Source: Gekko japonicus
Taxonomy: Eukaryota
Direction: 5' to 3'
Assembly: GCF_001447785.1 (NCBI RefSeq)
Contig: NW_015162489.1
Location: 562,314-626,313 of the forward strand
DNA: 64,000 bases
Below are positions 25,240-37,944 of the stretch, in pieces. A program made the translations under genes and the position numbers. The notes below the pieces were generated by a model. That model made no database searches. It saw only the letters and a list, made by a program, of their open reading frames with translations, and was not told the DNA's origin. The stretch's first letter is position 1; each line of letters opens with the position of its first letter.

Positions 25240-25545
25240 CCCAGCAGAACCAGTGCAATGTACAGGGTACCCAGCAGTACTAATGCAATCACAGGGTGCC
25301 CAGCAGAACCCAGTGCCATTGTGGCAATGCCAGCTCAACAGGACTGATGTCAAGCACAGAATCACAGTCTAAACAGGAGGGGGTGGGTTGGAAGCACAGC
25401 AGAACCAGTGCAATATACAGTGGCCTGTAAACCCAGTGTCATTGTAGCGATGTCAAGCACAGAATCACAGTCCAAGCGGGGGAGGGGGGGTCTTGGAAGT
25501 CCAGCAGAACCAGTGCAATGTACAGTGCCTAGCAAACCCAGTGCC
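25240..25545 (+). repeat. Degenerate tandem repeat (~105-bp unit, about 2.5 copies, with ~29-bp subunits)
   Basis: recurring cagcagaaccagtgcaat(g/a)tacag and gatgtcaagcacagaatcacagtc. Confidence 0.8.
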
Positions 25546-26340
25546 TTCTGTTCTTAAATCTTAAATACATTCTGTCACCAAGCAGGATAGGGATGAGAAC
25601 GTCTTGAGACCAAGAAGTGAAAACAAAGGGGGGACATGAAAAAACTAGGTGAAGAGAGGCAGAAAGGAATGAGAAAACTGTGGAAAAGAGGGAGAGAAAA
25701 TAAGAGAAGGTTGTTTTATCTTGCTGCAACACCCTAACTACCGCTTTGCAAGATCTGGCTGAGCTGGGTACCAGGAAAGGAAGGCTAGACTCTTGGGAGA
25801 AAATGACCTGAAGGCTGCTTGGTTCTTGGGCTTAGCCTGGCCTTACTATAGCAGCTATCTGCATGCTGGCTTGGTTGTTGGGCTTAGCATGATTTTTTAA
25901 AGCAAGTCTGCTTCAGTCTTGGAGAAAGGGAAGTGCAGCCGATCCTAGAGTGCTTTAATGACTTCAGTAACACAGTGTAGATCCTTGTGCTTTGGTGGCA
26001 GCTGCTAGTAAACCAACATTTTTAAAAAATTGCACATCCAATCTAATCTCCAACAGTCAATCAGAAACCTTGCTGGGCAAAATTCCTACCTGGCTCCACC
26101 CATTTCCTAAAAACATTTGGCAGGTGCCAGAAAAGGTGTCAGCAAGTGCCACGGCTCCCACGGGCACCACGTTGAGGACACACACACACCTATGCTTTTG
26201 CTAGGGCAAGACACAGAAACGGGTACCAGAACGGTGTAAAGCTAGACAGAAGACTGGACTGGAAGATGGCCTTCCCTCCCCCCCCAAAAAAAAAAATGCT
26301 GGAAGAAGCAGTCAGTCATTCCTTTCCATTACAAATACTA

Positions 26341-26346
26341 TTTAAT
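26341..26346 (-). promoter_or_regulatory. Possible CARD10 polyadenylation signal (ATTAAA)
   Basis: ATTAAA on minus strand about 550 nt after the stop, in an AT-rich patch; motif only. Confidence 0.3.
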
Positions 26347-26889
26347 TCTCTTTTATATGCAGGCCTTCCATTAAAAAAAACCCCATTCATTAATAATTTA
26401 CACACAGTACAGCTCGTGACAAGGACGCCTCACAAGCTCACTTTAAGTCACTCCGGCTGAAGGGACTGTGTGTGTCCGTGTGTGCGTGCGTGCGTACATG
26501 CGAACACATCAATTTCCTCTGCCAGCGGGATGTGAACGGAGGTAGAGACAAGAGACCCAGGGAGAGCATGGGGGAGGAAGGCAGGCCAGCCTGGGAGACC
26601 AGGATGAAGGCTGAGGAATTAGTCCGTCGGTTCAGACGGACAAGGAGGCAACAACACGGAGGGCAGATTTCCACAGAGGTTTCTCCTATTGTTCAGACCG
26701 AGAGAAGGAATGACCAGAACACCTACACGTCCCACAAGGCTAGAGCACAGGATGTGTGGAATGAATCACAGGCATGGAAGAACTCCAGCAGGCCACAGAG
26801 TCCAAGCCCCTGCCCTGCAGAGGCCATGTGCAATCCTTCCGGTTGCAAACGTCTCAAAGGGGACGCTGGTTTCTCCGCAGTAGTGCCGG

Positions 26890-27097
26890 TCACATTTCAT
26901 TGTCTTCAACCCATACGATCCTGGTCTGTTCCTGAAAGATGTGGGTCTTCACCACCTTTGCCAGCTCCCCTACACTACTCCAGGACTGAGAATCCACCCA
27001 GGCCCACGAACAGGGCAGGGTGTGGAGAGTCTGCTCGGCTCTTCGGCACTGCTTCAGCACCTCGGAATCACGCAGCCCTGACTTCCCTAGCAAGCTC
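26890..27097 (-). CDS. CARD10: CARD10 terminal coding exon (~20) with stop
   Basis: cttctctccag|G AGC TTG...; SLLGKSGLRDSEVLKQCRRAEQTLHTLPCSWAWV...ELAKVVKTHIFQEQTRIVWVEDNEM*; TGA at 26892-26890. Confidence 0.96.
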
Positions 27098-27837
27098 CTG
27101 GAGAGAAGCACGGAAGAAAAATGCACCATAAGTATATTCTTCTACATTCTATGAATAATGCATAAGCAGAGATGGGCTAAGTCAAGCATGTTAGTTTAAG
27201 CATGTTGAAGTCTAATGGTCTGATCCCAAGAACTGAGGTGCTGCCAAACAGACGCTCGAGCTAGAGCGTGCACCGACCACGGCACTACTGGAATGTTACA
27301 AATTGCAGCATTACACCCATGTAGCTTCAGAAAAAATATTTTAGTTCAAGGTTTCAGCTGAAGTGCCTTAAATGCTTAACAGCTGAGGGCGGACAGTATA
27401 AAAGCCAGTTGACCTTTGGGCAAAGCCTGAGGGTCTGTGGCATACACCTCCTAATACAGTGGTTTTCAAATGCTTTCTACATCGTGCTGCCTGCAAAGGA
27501 ATCCCTGTACATCTACCACGGAACCTCTGAACACCGCAAATAATTCTGGGGGCTATAGTTCATTTGTGCACAATAGGGCTGTTGGTTAACACTGTCCGCT
27601 GCTTGGAATACAAGACCGCTTCCTAGAAATCATCAAACATTCCACTGAGGGTCAAACGACATGTTCAGGTTTTAAAACAGTAGGGTCAGGCTTCCCAGAC
27701 CAAATTCAGGTTCCTCGCAGTCAAACAACAGATGCACAGAATGGCTTTTAAAAGTAAAGGAGCGACAAATGGGCTTGGAACACCACACTGGGGGAAGGAA
27801 GGGCTCCTGCCTTCCTTCCTGACATATTTTCCCACAT

Positions 27838-28116
27838 GGAAGAAGAAGAAATTGGATTTATATCCCACCCTTCACTACCCAAAGGAGTCTCAGAGTGGCT
27901 TACAATCTCCTTTCCCTTCCGCTCCCCACAACAGACACCCTGTGAGGTAGGTGGGGCCGAGAGAGCTCTCTCGAGAACTGCCCTTGAGAGAACAGCTCTG
28001 AAAGAACTTGTAACTGACCCAAGGTTACACTAGCAGCTGCATGTGGAGGAGTGGGGAATCAAACCCATTTCTCCCAGATTAGAGTCCACACTCCTAACCA
28101 CTACACCAAACTGGCT
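27838..28116 (-). mobile_element. Squam3-like tRNA SINE
   Basis: agccagtttggtgtagtggttagg head on minus; (ttc)n tail. Confidence 0.88.
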
Positions 28117-28947
28117 CTGTACTGGAAACAGCACAGGCGGGGCTATTTCCCCATTTTTCTGCTCCAATGTGGAACAGCAAAAATGGGGAAATTATTCCCC
28201 TCAAGCGCTGTTAGGCAGCTGCAATGGTGGTCCCTATTTCCATAATCACCATGTTTCTTTGTCCAGCCTCCATAATCACAGAAATGGCTCATGAAGGCAG
28301 GTAGTTTGCATCCATGAACTGCCCATTCAAAGCGGTTTCTCCACACGATCTTCTACACAGCAAGGATTATGTGCAGAATATAAACTTCTGGCTGACATAT
28401 GTGGACTGACCCATAAATAATAATATTTATCTATTTATAATGACAGCCAGGCATGGTACAAAAAGTATCTTTAAAAAAGATGAGCTCTGCTTACAGGCTA
28501 GATATCCAAGCTTATGGAAAAGAGGCACCATCAGACAACAACTCAAATTCTATCACTTGGGATTCCAAGGGTTGGAAGGTATACAACTCAACAAGCCTGC
28601 CAAAGCTAAGCAGGGTCTGTCTGTGTCTAGTCAGTGCCTGGATGGGAGCTTTATTTGTAAGCTGCCTTGGATTCCATTTTGGAAAGAAGGTTGGCTTAAG
28701 TAGCAATGAAATAATAATTACTTTGGGGGGGGGAGGTCAATGGGTTCCATCTACATTCTGACACCCTGGTTTGCAGTGGGCTTTCTTCCCCTACCACCAG
28801 CACCAAAGAGAAGCAGAGCCTCACATACAGACCCTGAAAGCAAAACCTCCCCTGTCAGCCACTGCTCCTGCCTTATTCTCACAAGGTGATTAGCTTCACC
28901 TGTCCACATAATAACTTCTGTCGATCCTGGGAAGGGGCTTTTCTTAC

Positions 28948-29063
28948 CTGACTCCCTTGATATTCTTCGCGGTGACCTCGACATGGATAACAATGGGGTA
29001 TATTTCACTTTTAATTAGATCCCTCACCATCTGGACCTCCAGCTCTAGCAGGCAATGTTTATT
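28948..29063 (-). CDS. CARD10: CARD10 GUK exon (~19)
   Basis: tttccttgcag|AAT AAA CAT TGC...GTC AG|gtaaga; NKHCLLELEVQMVRDLIKSEIYPIVIHVEVTAKNIKGVR; 116 nt, phase 0 to 2. Confidence 0.96.
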
Positions 29064-30374
29064 CTGCAAGGAAATCCAGCAGATTTACTGATTTAAATGG
29101 AAAAGAAATAACCTGTCCCTGACAAGTTACATTAAATCAAACCCTATACTGTGAAATATTATTGCTTTTCCAATAGTAATTCCATTAAAAGATGGGATTT
29201 ACTACCAAACTTAAGAGGAAAACAGAATTGAAGGGCAGGGTCATCTGATATATAACTGTGTGGGAGTCCAATACGTCCAGGATAAGGAGATCCGCCAGGA
29301 TACTCTGTCTTTTGGGTGTGCAATGGTAACCTCACCGCAAAGACCTACATTATTCACCCTAATTTCGACTTAGGAAAGCTCTTTCTTCATGGGAACATGA
29401 AAGGAGTGGGGAGGTGGTTTTGCACAAACACTGCACGCAATGTGCTATTTCACAACTGTAACCAAAGAACTTAATTGGGTCTCTGCAAATGCATGCAGGA
29501 CAGCCACCAACGTGCCTAGTGGCCACAGTGGATAAATGGAACCTCTATGCTCAGAGGCAGTGTATCTCTGAATAACAGTTGATGGGGGGGACAGGGGGAG
29601 ACTTGACAGCTGTGCCCTACCCGTACATCTTATGAGGTGCATCTAGCTGGCCACTGTGATAAACAGGATGCTAGAACAGACAAGTGCGGTCCTATAAGGT
29701 TTTTCTTCAGTTAATATACCTAGTATTCCACAGCGTTCCATTCCCTAAGCCTTCTTTCTGCAGTGCCCTTCCCTGAGCTTGCCTACTTTTTTGCAGCTAT
29801 ACCACAGCAGGAAATTCAGCAGTTGAAGTTTTTCACATCATATTGCTGTGAAGAAAGTCTTCACCAGCTGAATTTCTACTTGCCAGGCAGCTGCTAGAGG
29901 AACAAGAGACCTGCCACAGAAAGCTAACAATTTTTCACCCACTAGCAGTCTTCAATTTCTATTTCCCCTGATCCAGCAGAGCTTGATTAAAAGAGATCCA
30001 AGACCAGGCCCCCCTTCTGGGTTCCATTCCTCTTCATGTCACATGACAAAATCATTTCTGCTTTCCCTTCGCCCGATGAATTCATGACTTCTTCCCTCCC
30101 ACTTGCCTTGTTAATCCAAGATTTGAAATCCATCAAAGAAGAGAAAGTGTGAAATCTAACAAGGATTATTAGAGAGTGCAGCCATTTCCCACTTCTGGAA
30201 TTGCGGGCTGTTACACTCCATACTCCACTCTCTGGGGACCTGGAATAGCACAGATGTTCTTTTCACAAAGAGTCACCTGGGTAGCATGTAGAACTGAAGG
30301 AGGATACTTAAAGTAACACTTACTACAGCTCTGCCTCCCCGCCCCCCCCCCTCCAGCTGTGCTCCACTTTTTAC

Positions 30375-30481
30375 CTTTCCAACAGCCTCCTGGATGGCTT
30401 GGATCCTCCCACAATCTCTCTGGCTTTGAGAAATCCCATTAGCATTATGCTTGGAGGCAGAAGAGAGGAGTTGTTCTTCAG
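30375..30481 (-). CDS. CARD10: CARD10 GUK exon (~18)
   Basis: caccctag|CT GAA GAA...GGA AAG|gtaaaa; ...DCGRIQAIQEAVGK; 107 nt, phase 1 to 0. Confidence 0.88.
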
Positions 30482-31080
30482 CTAGGGTGTTTGTGAAGAG
30501 AAATTTTAAAAAACGGATCTGTAGACACGTGAAGAATACATGCCAATAAGGCTGGTTTGAATACAACAAAATCTTCCTAACGGTATTGCTCAGACACACA
30601 AACCCGATCCTACGTAGAATGAAGTCCCAATGAATTCAGCGGAACATTTCAAACATACATGGGTTTGCAGCCTAAATTATGCAATTTATAAATGTATACT
30701 CTTCTCAGGGTTTTTTGCAGTATTTGTCTTTTGGGAAAGAAGGAAAGGCAGAGGCCTGTATCCAAGCAAGCAATTCCGATGTTTTCTGCAAAGGGGACAA
30801 CAATATCCACGTATCACCCCTTCTTGCTATAGCCCCTAAGACCACCCTGAAATTTAATTCCTGGGATACAGCAGATCCCTCAGGAACAGCTTACAGGGCT
30901 AACTGGGGAAGGAGAAACCACTGCCCCTCTTAAGGAAACTTAACTCTTCAGAAAGTGCTTGGTTACAGGCCAATACCTCCTGGACCTCCTTCAGTTTCTA
31001 GGACTTCAGCATTGCTGCTCGTATTATTTTTGCTAAGGGATCTACTAACAGAACACCGTTGGCTGTTCAGGGGTCCCAGC

Positions 31081-31572
31081 CAGTGTTCCCTCTAAGAAGA
31101 AGAAGAAGAGATTGGATTTATACCCTGCCCTTCACTACCCAAAGGTGTCTCAGAGCAGCTTACAAACTCCTTTCCCTTCCCCTCCCCACAACAGACACCC
31201 TGTGAGGTAGGTGGGGCTGAGAGAGCTCTTGACAGAAACTGCTCTTTTTCAAGAACAGCCCTTATCAGAACTATGGCTTGCCCAAGGCCAGCCAGCCAGG
31301 TGCAAGTGGAGGAGTGGGGAATCAAACCCGGTTCACCCAGATTAGAGTCCGCGCACTTAACCACTACACCAAACTGGCTAAGCTGAGTTAGTGCGAGCTA
31401 GCTCACAGTTTTTTAGCCTCCGACTCACACATTTTTGTCTTAGCCCAGGAAGAATGGCTCCAGAGCAAACTAATTTGTGCAGCAGCCAAATCACCTGCTC
31501 ACAGCTTGAATGCCAGTAGCTCACAAAGTAGAATTTTTGCTCACAAGACTCCACAGTTTAGAGGGAGCATTC
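31081..31572. mobile_element. MITE (cagtgttccctctaa TIR) interrupted by a Squam3-like SINE at ~31094-31378 (minus)
   Basis: TIR pair cagtgttccctctaa/ttagagggagcattc; ctaag repeated on either side of the SINE. Confidence 0.75.
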
Positions 31573-32404
31573 CAGTCATTCCCTATGAAGAAACAGCCTG
31601 TGCCTCCATTGGCTGTAACCCACAATGCATCATGACCACCTAAATTCAAGGCTGCCTGATAGGACACAAAATAGTATAAGCATATTTTTGCATTAGCAGA
31701 TGATGCACTCATTACCTCTTCCTGTAACCCTGTGGGCTAGAAACATGGTTTTATTTTCCCCCCTTTACATGAATACAGATTTGCAGGATTCTTTCTGCAC
31801 CAGACTGTCGATCCTGCACAACTTGAGACATCTGCTATTACCCAAAGAGGCAGTCTTCTATTTAATTGGGGGAATTAAATAGGACACAGTCTATAAACAA
31901 CCCTTCAGCAAGAGAAGGGGTCTGCCTGCTAACAGTGCAGAAACACAAAATGCACAAACCCCTGTCAACAAATGCCTCTTCCCCCAAAGCAGAAGATGCT
32001 TGTTTATAAAAGAGAGAGACAGAGAGAATCATGTACGCTCCCTGTTAAAAGAGACTAATGGTGATTGATTGGAGAGAGATATGAGAGCCAGTTTCAAGGG
32101 CTGTCCTGAAACTCAAAGCCCAAGTGTGGGACACGACAAGAAGCCCTGATTCTGCTTCTGATTCCAACACTCTAAATGGCGGCAGTCAAGTCACTCAGCA
32201 AGGTTCCCAACCTCCAGGTGACACCTGGAAATCTCCCACTATGACAATTGATGGCTAGATGACCAAGATCAGTTCCCCTGGACAAAACGGCTGCTTTGCA
32301 AGGTGGGCTCTATGGCATTATACCCTGCTGAGGTCCCTTCCCCTCCCCAAACCCCACCCTCAAAAGAGCTGGCAACACTGTCACTCTCAGCCTCTTGGGT
32401 TTAC

Positions 32405-32557
32405 CTGCTGGATACAAGTGGAAGTCCTGAAGAGAGGAAGGGAGGTCCAGCAAGTTCCTAATGAGCCGGGGTGCTAAGAAGTCAGGCGAAAACACCACAG
32501 GACGACGTGTCTGAATCTCCAGAGGGCGTACTGGACTGTACGGTTTCGCCATTCCAT
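32405..32557 (-). CDS. CARD10: CARD10 exon at start of GUK domain (~17)
   Basis: ttttatacacag|AT GGA ATG...GCA G|gtaaac; KPYSPVRPLEIQTRRPVVFSPDFLAPRLIRNLLDLPSSLQDFHLYPA; 153 nt, phase 1/1. Confidence 0.96.
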
Positions 32558-33158
32558 CTGTGTATAAAAGGCAATAAAAGACGCCTGCAGGTGAGCAAGA
32601 GAGGTGAAGGTGTAGCTGCCAGACTGAGTATGGGGGGGGGGGAGTCCCAGGCATTTAGTGACCGCATTCTCTATAGTAACAATAAGGAAAGGGAAAGATG
32701 CTCTGTGTGGCACTCCACTGGAAGCTTTATTCTAATCTCTTCTGGCTCCTTGTGCTTGGCAAATGACAGAGAGTCCTGAGATACCTTAAGGATTAACTCT
32801 AATGTACTCCATTACGAGCTTTTTTATGCAAGTCCCCCCTTCAGCACACGCACATTGCCATGTAAGTTCTCCTGCTTTTCTCGACAGCCATTCAGGTAAG
32901 GAGGGAGTATCTCGCTCTCCCTTTCTCAAGATGCCGAATTCTTTATCTGGACCCAGCTTCCAAAGTAATGTTATGAATATGCAGAAAAGCCACCGCCAGG
33001 CGTACTGAGGACCCCCCATGGGAGACAGACCTGTCATGGATTTCAAGCATTCCCTAGGAGTTCTTTATATGGAATGACAGGGGTGAGTTATGTGGAACGG
33101 CAAACACAGTTTCCTTTCCCATCGTCAGGGTGCAGCAGAGGCAGGGGCCACAATTCAC

Positions 33159-33249
33159 CTGAGCCAGGGTCCTGCAGGAAGGCCTCCCCCAGCCCCCCCT
33201 GCGGTCTGCATTTTGCCAGGCGGAGTTGGCCCAGGGCCCGTTTTTTCAG
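33159..33249 (-). CDS. CARD10: CARD10 exon (~16, 91 nt)
   Basis: gttcctttcag|CTG AAA AAA CGG GCC CTG...TCA G|gtgaat; LKKRALGQLRLAKCRPQGGLGEAFLQDPGS; phase 0 to 1. Confidence 0.92.
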
Positions 33250-33869
33250 CTGAAAGGAACAAAAAATGGGAGGGGGGAGAGAGGGAGAAGGAGAGCATGA
33301 ACGAAGAATGCATCGCTCAGTGGCTCACAAAATGACAGATACATGTTTATTATGGGGAGTTAAGTAGACTCTGCCTTGGGATGCAATTCCCAAAGCAAGG
33401 AGGGACATATCAGCAATTAAACCTCCTCCTTTCTCTGTCTCTGAATTCTTTTGAGTAACACCTCAAGATAACACTGCGAGGCACTTCTTTGCATGCCCAA
33501 CAAGAGAACAACATCCCTAAGGGAATGCCACACCAGCACAGGGAACAGCTGCCACTGTACTGGTGCACAGAAACCCTGGTCCAGCTCAGTCACATTCCTA
33601 GAGGGAGGGGCAAAGCAGCCATCCAGTGCTTTTATTCCCTTAATCCCACCAACTGAAAGCCAAGACAGCCAATCAGCAGTGTCAGGCAATAAGACTTTCC
33701 TGCTGCTCCATGCTTTAAACAGAGGCCAAGCAAGGCAGCCCAAGCCAGGATGGCTGAGGCTTTGTTTTTCAGATGGTACCACAGTGAACCTCTCTCTAAG
33801 CTAAGATCGGCGCTTCTGTCCTAAAGCAAGACTCATCATCTAGTCCTGAGACCAGAAACTCATCTCAAT

Positions 33870-34235
33870 TTTTTAAACTTTCTATTTCAATTTACAAACA
33901 TAAACTATATTCATTTATACTCAAAATCATATTTATGTAGAACTTGCTTAAATTTACTTTAATATTTCACTTCTAACTAAATACCTTTATTCTATCTTTT
34001 CCATCTATTTCTTATCTAATAACATTGTAGAATATGTATTACCTAAATCATTCTTCCTTTCATGCTTTGTTTTGATTTAATTTTGTTCTTGATTTTCAGG
34101 TATATAATTGGGGGGGGGGGACTTGGGCAAACTTTCAATTTTTCTTGAAATTCTGAAGTCCGTCTATTATGTATAAGAGATGTTAGTTTTGCTATTGCCG
34201 CATATTCATTCAATTTATTCCTCCGTTCCTTCAAG
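33870..34235 (-). mobile_element. L1-like 3' remnant
   Basis: KLNEYAAIAKLTSLIHNRRTSEFQEKLK resembles the reptile L1 ORF2 C-terminus; followed by AT-rich UTR-like sequence. Confidence 0.5.
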
Positions 34236-34261
34236 GACAAATCCACCAGTCTGAGCATAAC

Positions 34262-34470
34262 TGGCCCTGACCTGGCTGGGCTGGGCCGCCCTGACCTTGC
34301 CAGATCTCGGAAGCTAAGCAGGGCTGGCCCTGGTTAGTATTTGGATGGGAGACCACCAAGGAATTCCAGGGTCACTATGTAGAGGCAACTAATGGCACAC
34401 GACCTCTGCTCATCTCTTGCCTTGAAAACCCTACGGGGTCACCATAAGTTGACTGCAACTTGACAGCACT
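34262..34470 (+). mobile_element. 5S rRNA-derived SINE (other copies ~23830-23970 minus, 34950-35140, 42845-43085, 52555-52760, 53460-53620 minus)
   Basis: gatctcggaagctaagcaggg...ggttagtatttggatgggagacc (5S internal control region) joined to an RTE-like tail ggtcaccataagt...acttgacagcac. Confidence 0.8.
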
Positions 34471-34591
34471 TTCTATACCACCACCATCATACATGAACAC
34501 ACCTCAGCACAGGAGCAGCTGCTCCACTGAAATCACACATAGGAACCACTGGCTCTCCTTCTCCAACCTGCACAACTCTCAGTCAGCTTAC

Positions 34592-34661
34592 CTTAGTTCT
34601 AGAGCCTTTCTGCCTGGCCACTCCCTGACCTTTCTCCTGTAGCTTCAGAAGCTGGAGAGCC
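34592..34661 (-). CDS. CARD10: CARD10 exon (~15, 70 nt)
   Basis: ttctccttccag|G GCT CTC CAG CTT CTG...ACT AAG|gtaagc; ALQLLKLQEKGQGVARQKGSRTK; phase 2 to 0. Confidence 0.9.
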
Positions 34662-35784
34662 CTGGAAGGAGAATAGCAGTTGTCAGCACCTCACTGGCAA
34701 CCTGAAGCAAAACAGAAGCAGCACAGTGTGGCAAAGTGGTCTTGAAAAGCACACTGATTGATGCATGTGGAGAATGGGATTTTTAAAAATGACTTGGCCC
34801 TTTCAGCAAGCAAAGCCCACTGCATTTTCTCCTGCTACTCATCCTCACATCTATGCAGCTGTAGAATGGTGTTATATTTCATCCTTCATTAAGAAACACA
34901 ACTGCACATTGCACTTCCTCGTGCAATTCTTCTCATGCCCCGACCTGGACAGCTGAGGCAAGCCCAATCTCATCGGATTTTGGAAGCTAAACTGGGCCAA
35001 CCCTGGGCAAGTAATTGGAAGGGAGACCTCCAAGGAATACCACAGCTTGGGACGCAGAGGCGGGCTATCAAGCCACCCCTCTGAAAACATCCAAACCCCA
35101 GTAGGGGTCGCCAGAAGTCGCCATGACTTCCAGACATGCAAACACGTACACACACATACACGCGCACCCACACAGACACCCATCCACCCACCCAGAAATT
35201 ATTCTCATCCACACACAAATATGTCTTATACGGAGTCAGCCCATTGGTCCGTCAAGGTCACTACTGTCCACTCTGACAGGGCACAGCAGCTCTCCAGGGT
35301 CTTTCACATAAACTACCATATAGGATTGTTATAAATGCAGGTGCAAGGGACTGTAACCGGGTGATAGAAGCATGCCCTCTTGCCATCTTGCCATCCCAGT
35401 TTCATCAAGGAGAGACGGTTTAGATCTTTTGCGAACAATCTTGCTATTAAGCTGCTTAGCTTTTCACTTGAAAAAAACAAACAAACCAGGACAGGAGAGA
35501 GAAAAGGTAGAGGGTAGCCTTGTTGGGCTTGCAGCAGAACAGCCAGATTCGAAGACAGCCAGTTTTGGTGTAGTGGTTAAGAGTGGTGGACTCTAATCTG
35601 GAGAACCAGGTTCAGTTCCCCACTCTTCCACTTCAAGTCAGCTGGGTGACCTTGGGTCAGTCACAGTTTTCTCAGCCCCCAGAAATAAACCTAGCTCGCC
35701 ACAAAAAGCACTGGAGTTCCAGGCTGCCAGATGATCTTCAGATCTCCTGCTTATACTATACCCACTGACATACAATTAGTTTGG

Positions 35785-35970
35785 CTAGATTCGAATCTAG
35801 TAGCACCTTAGAGACCAACAAGACTTTCAGGATATAAGCTATTGAGACATCTGACGAAACTGATATAAGCTTTTGAGAGTGAAAGCTCCCACCATCACAT
35901 ATCTGACAAAGGGAGATCATACCCCCCAAAATCTTGTTGGTCTCAAAGGTGGTACCGGACTGAAATCCCA
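35785..35970. mobile_element. Penelope-like inverted-repeat remnant (similar relics at 54570-54775 and 40725-40795)
   Basis: agcaccttagagaccaacaag...cttgttggtctcaaaggtggt inverted arms. Confidence 0.6.
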
Positions 35971-37001
35971 GCTGGCCTTGCCAAGTGAAGACTGTTGGTT
36001 CAACAGACCTTGCCGGGGGCTTTCAGAATTGAGGCTGCCCACCTGCAGAAGCATAGCCCCATCCTGGGATCAGTTTCTCGATCAAACATATTATCCATTT
36101 CCACTTCATAAGTGGCACTTTATATAAGTCGCATCTCAGTTATTCCTGGGTAGGCTCTGTGGAAAAATTCTGACCAGGCCAAAAACACCCAAGGATATTT
36201 CTGGCTGAGCAATAATTTGAACCCGGGTCTCCCAAATCTCAATTCTGCCCCCCCCCCCCCCCCCCCACACACGCAAACCCCCTCTTTTCCCAACCGCCCC
36301 GCCAGCCCCTGCAGTAGCGCTGCAGTGCTTTCATCCCACTGCCCCGAACTCCCATCTCCACTGCTTCTCCCAGCCATTGTTTACCACCTGTGTTTAGTTA
36401 TTTAGAAATGCGCACCCAACATTCCCTGTGGGAAAAAAATATCAAGTCAGCTAACGATTCAATAGTTGTGCAGTAAAAGCACAGCGCCAAATAAAATTCA
36501 ATTAGCACTCCGAAGCCCAACTCTAAAATTAATCCAATAAAATTACATAAATATTACAAGAAGCATTTTTTTTTAAAAAAACCCTTCTTAAATAAGGCTT
36601 TGTTGTTTCTACAAAAAAACAACGCCTGCAGACTAGACCTCGACAATACTCAGTGGGCAGTTTGATAAGGGCCCTGCTGTGTCCAACTGTTTTAGTTTCT
36701 CAAATAGAAGGAACAGAGCAGGGCAGATATTAATCAGGGGGGAGGGGTGTTTCAATCCCACGCAACCAAAATCTGATCCCGTTCCAGATCCCTTCTTCTT
36801 CTACAGAATCCAGGTGCTACATTAATACTTGTTCTTAAGATATCAACATACCTCATCCCATTAACCTACTTTGCTTTTGACTTGGGGAAAAAAAAATAAA
36901 CAAACCAGGACAGGAGAGAGAGAGAAGGCAGAGAGCTGCTTTCTCCTTTCTAGAAGAAAAAGGAACCGATACCCAGACGCACATCCCCTCTATCCCATTA
37001 C

Positions 37002-37242
37002 CTGTTGTAATTAGGCACAGTGCCCCTGTCCAAGTCTCGAAGGGTGAAGGGGTCCACCCGGGCACAGTACCACTCCAGCCTCCCCTTGTGCAAGGTGTCT
37101 GTGACGTGAAGAATCTCCCGACACTTGACGCACAGCGCATGAGGATTCACGAGGTCCAGGAGGGTCAGGTTGGCGCGCACATAGAATGAGTCCCCAGGAA
37201 CCTCCTTCCCAGCATCGAGCGCCTCTTTGAGAGGCTGGTATC
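37002..37242 (-). CDS. CARD10: CARD10 SH3 exon (~14)
   Basis: tttgtcag|GA TAC CAG...AAC AG|gtaatg; GDSFYVRANLTLLDLVNPHALCVKCREILHVTDT...EWYCARVDPFTLRDLDRGTVPNYNR; 241 nt, phase 1 to 2. Confidence 0.97.
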
Positions 37243-37944
37243 CTGACAAATGGAAGAAGGTGTACAGTGTGTGTGGGGGGGAGGCCCCCTGGAGAGCAGG
37301 GCCAGTCGGTACAGCTATTCAACGTCTGCATAAATTAACAGTGCTCCAACTCTGCAGGCAGCTGAGGAATAAGAGCTCCAGAGGTACTGCAGAAACCATT
37401 CAAAGGCTGCATGGATCTTCCTCCCACACTAGGCAAGCAAGGGGGACTTAACAAACGACTACTGTCATACCACCACAGCTGCCACTTTCTTAGCAACACG
37501 AGGCTTGCAAACCCAAAAAGAAGCGTTTGGATTACAGCCTCTCTCCATCCACGAGAATATGCCAACACCACCCTCTCTGAAACGAAGGGGGGGGCATGCT
37601 ATGACTTCCCCATTGCATGGGATTCCAAATTTCCAAAGTTATGACAGAGTCAATGAAGACTGTGATGGGCTCCTTAGGCCACTGCTTGGATAGGACCATC
37701 ATCCCCTGAAGCAGAGTTAAAAGTGAAGTTTTAGGCAACGTCAGCACTACGTTTCTGTACTGCGTCTGGCACCAGTTCAAGGAAGGAAGGAAGGAAGTCC
37801 ATGCAACACAAAGAGACAAGCCTTGCCTTGCCTTCCCCTGAGCTGTCAACCATGACCTGAGTTCAATGGTGACTTCTGGCTTGTACTGATCACTTTCAGA
37901 CAGGTGGTTTGGGATGAGGAACTCCATCCTTTCCCTAGAAGGGA

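Noticed and set aside
26472-27131. 219-aa plus-strand ORF
   Set aside because: Antisense shadow of the CARD10 last exon and 3' UTR; starts in a microsatellite; no domain
34262-34470. 5S rRNA gene
   Set aside because: Only the internal part matches 5S; it is diverged, fused to an RTE-like tail and present in several dispersed copies, so it is a 5S-derived SINE
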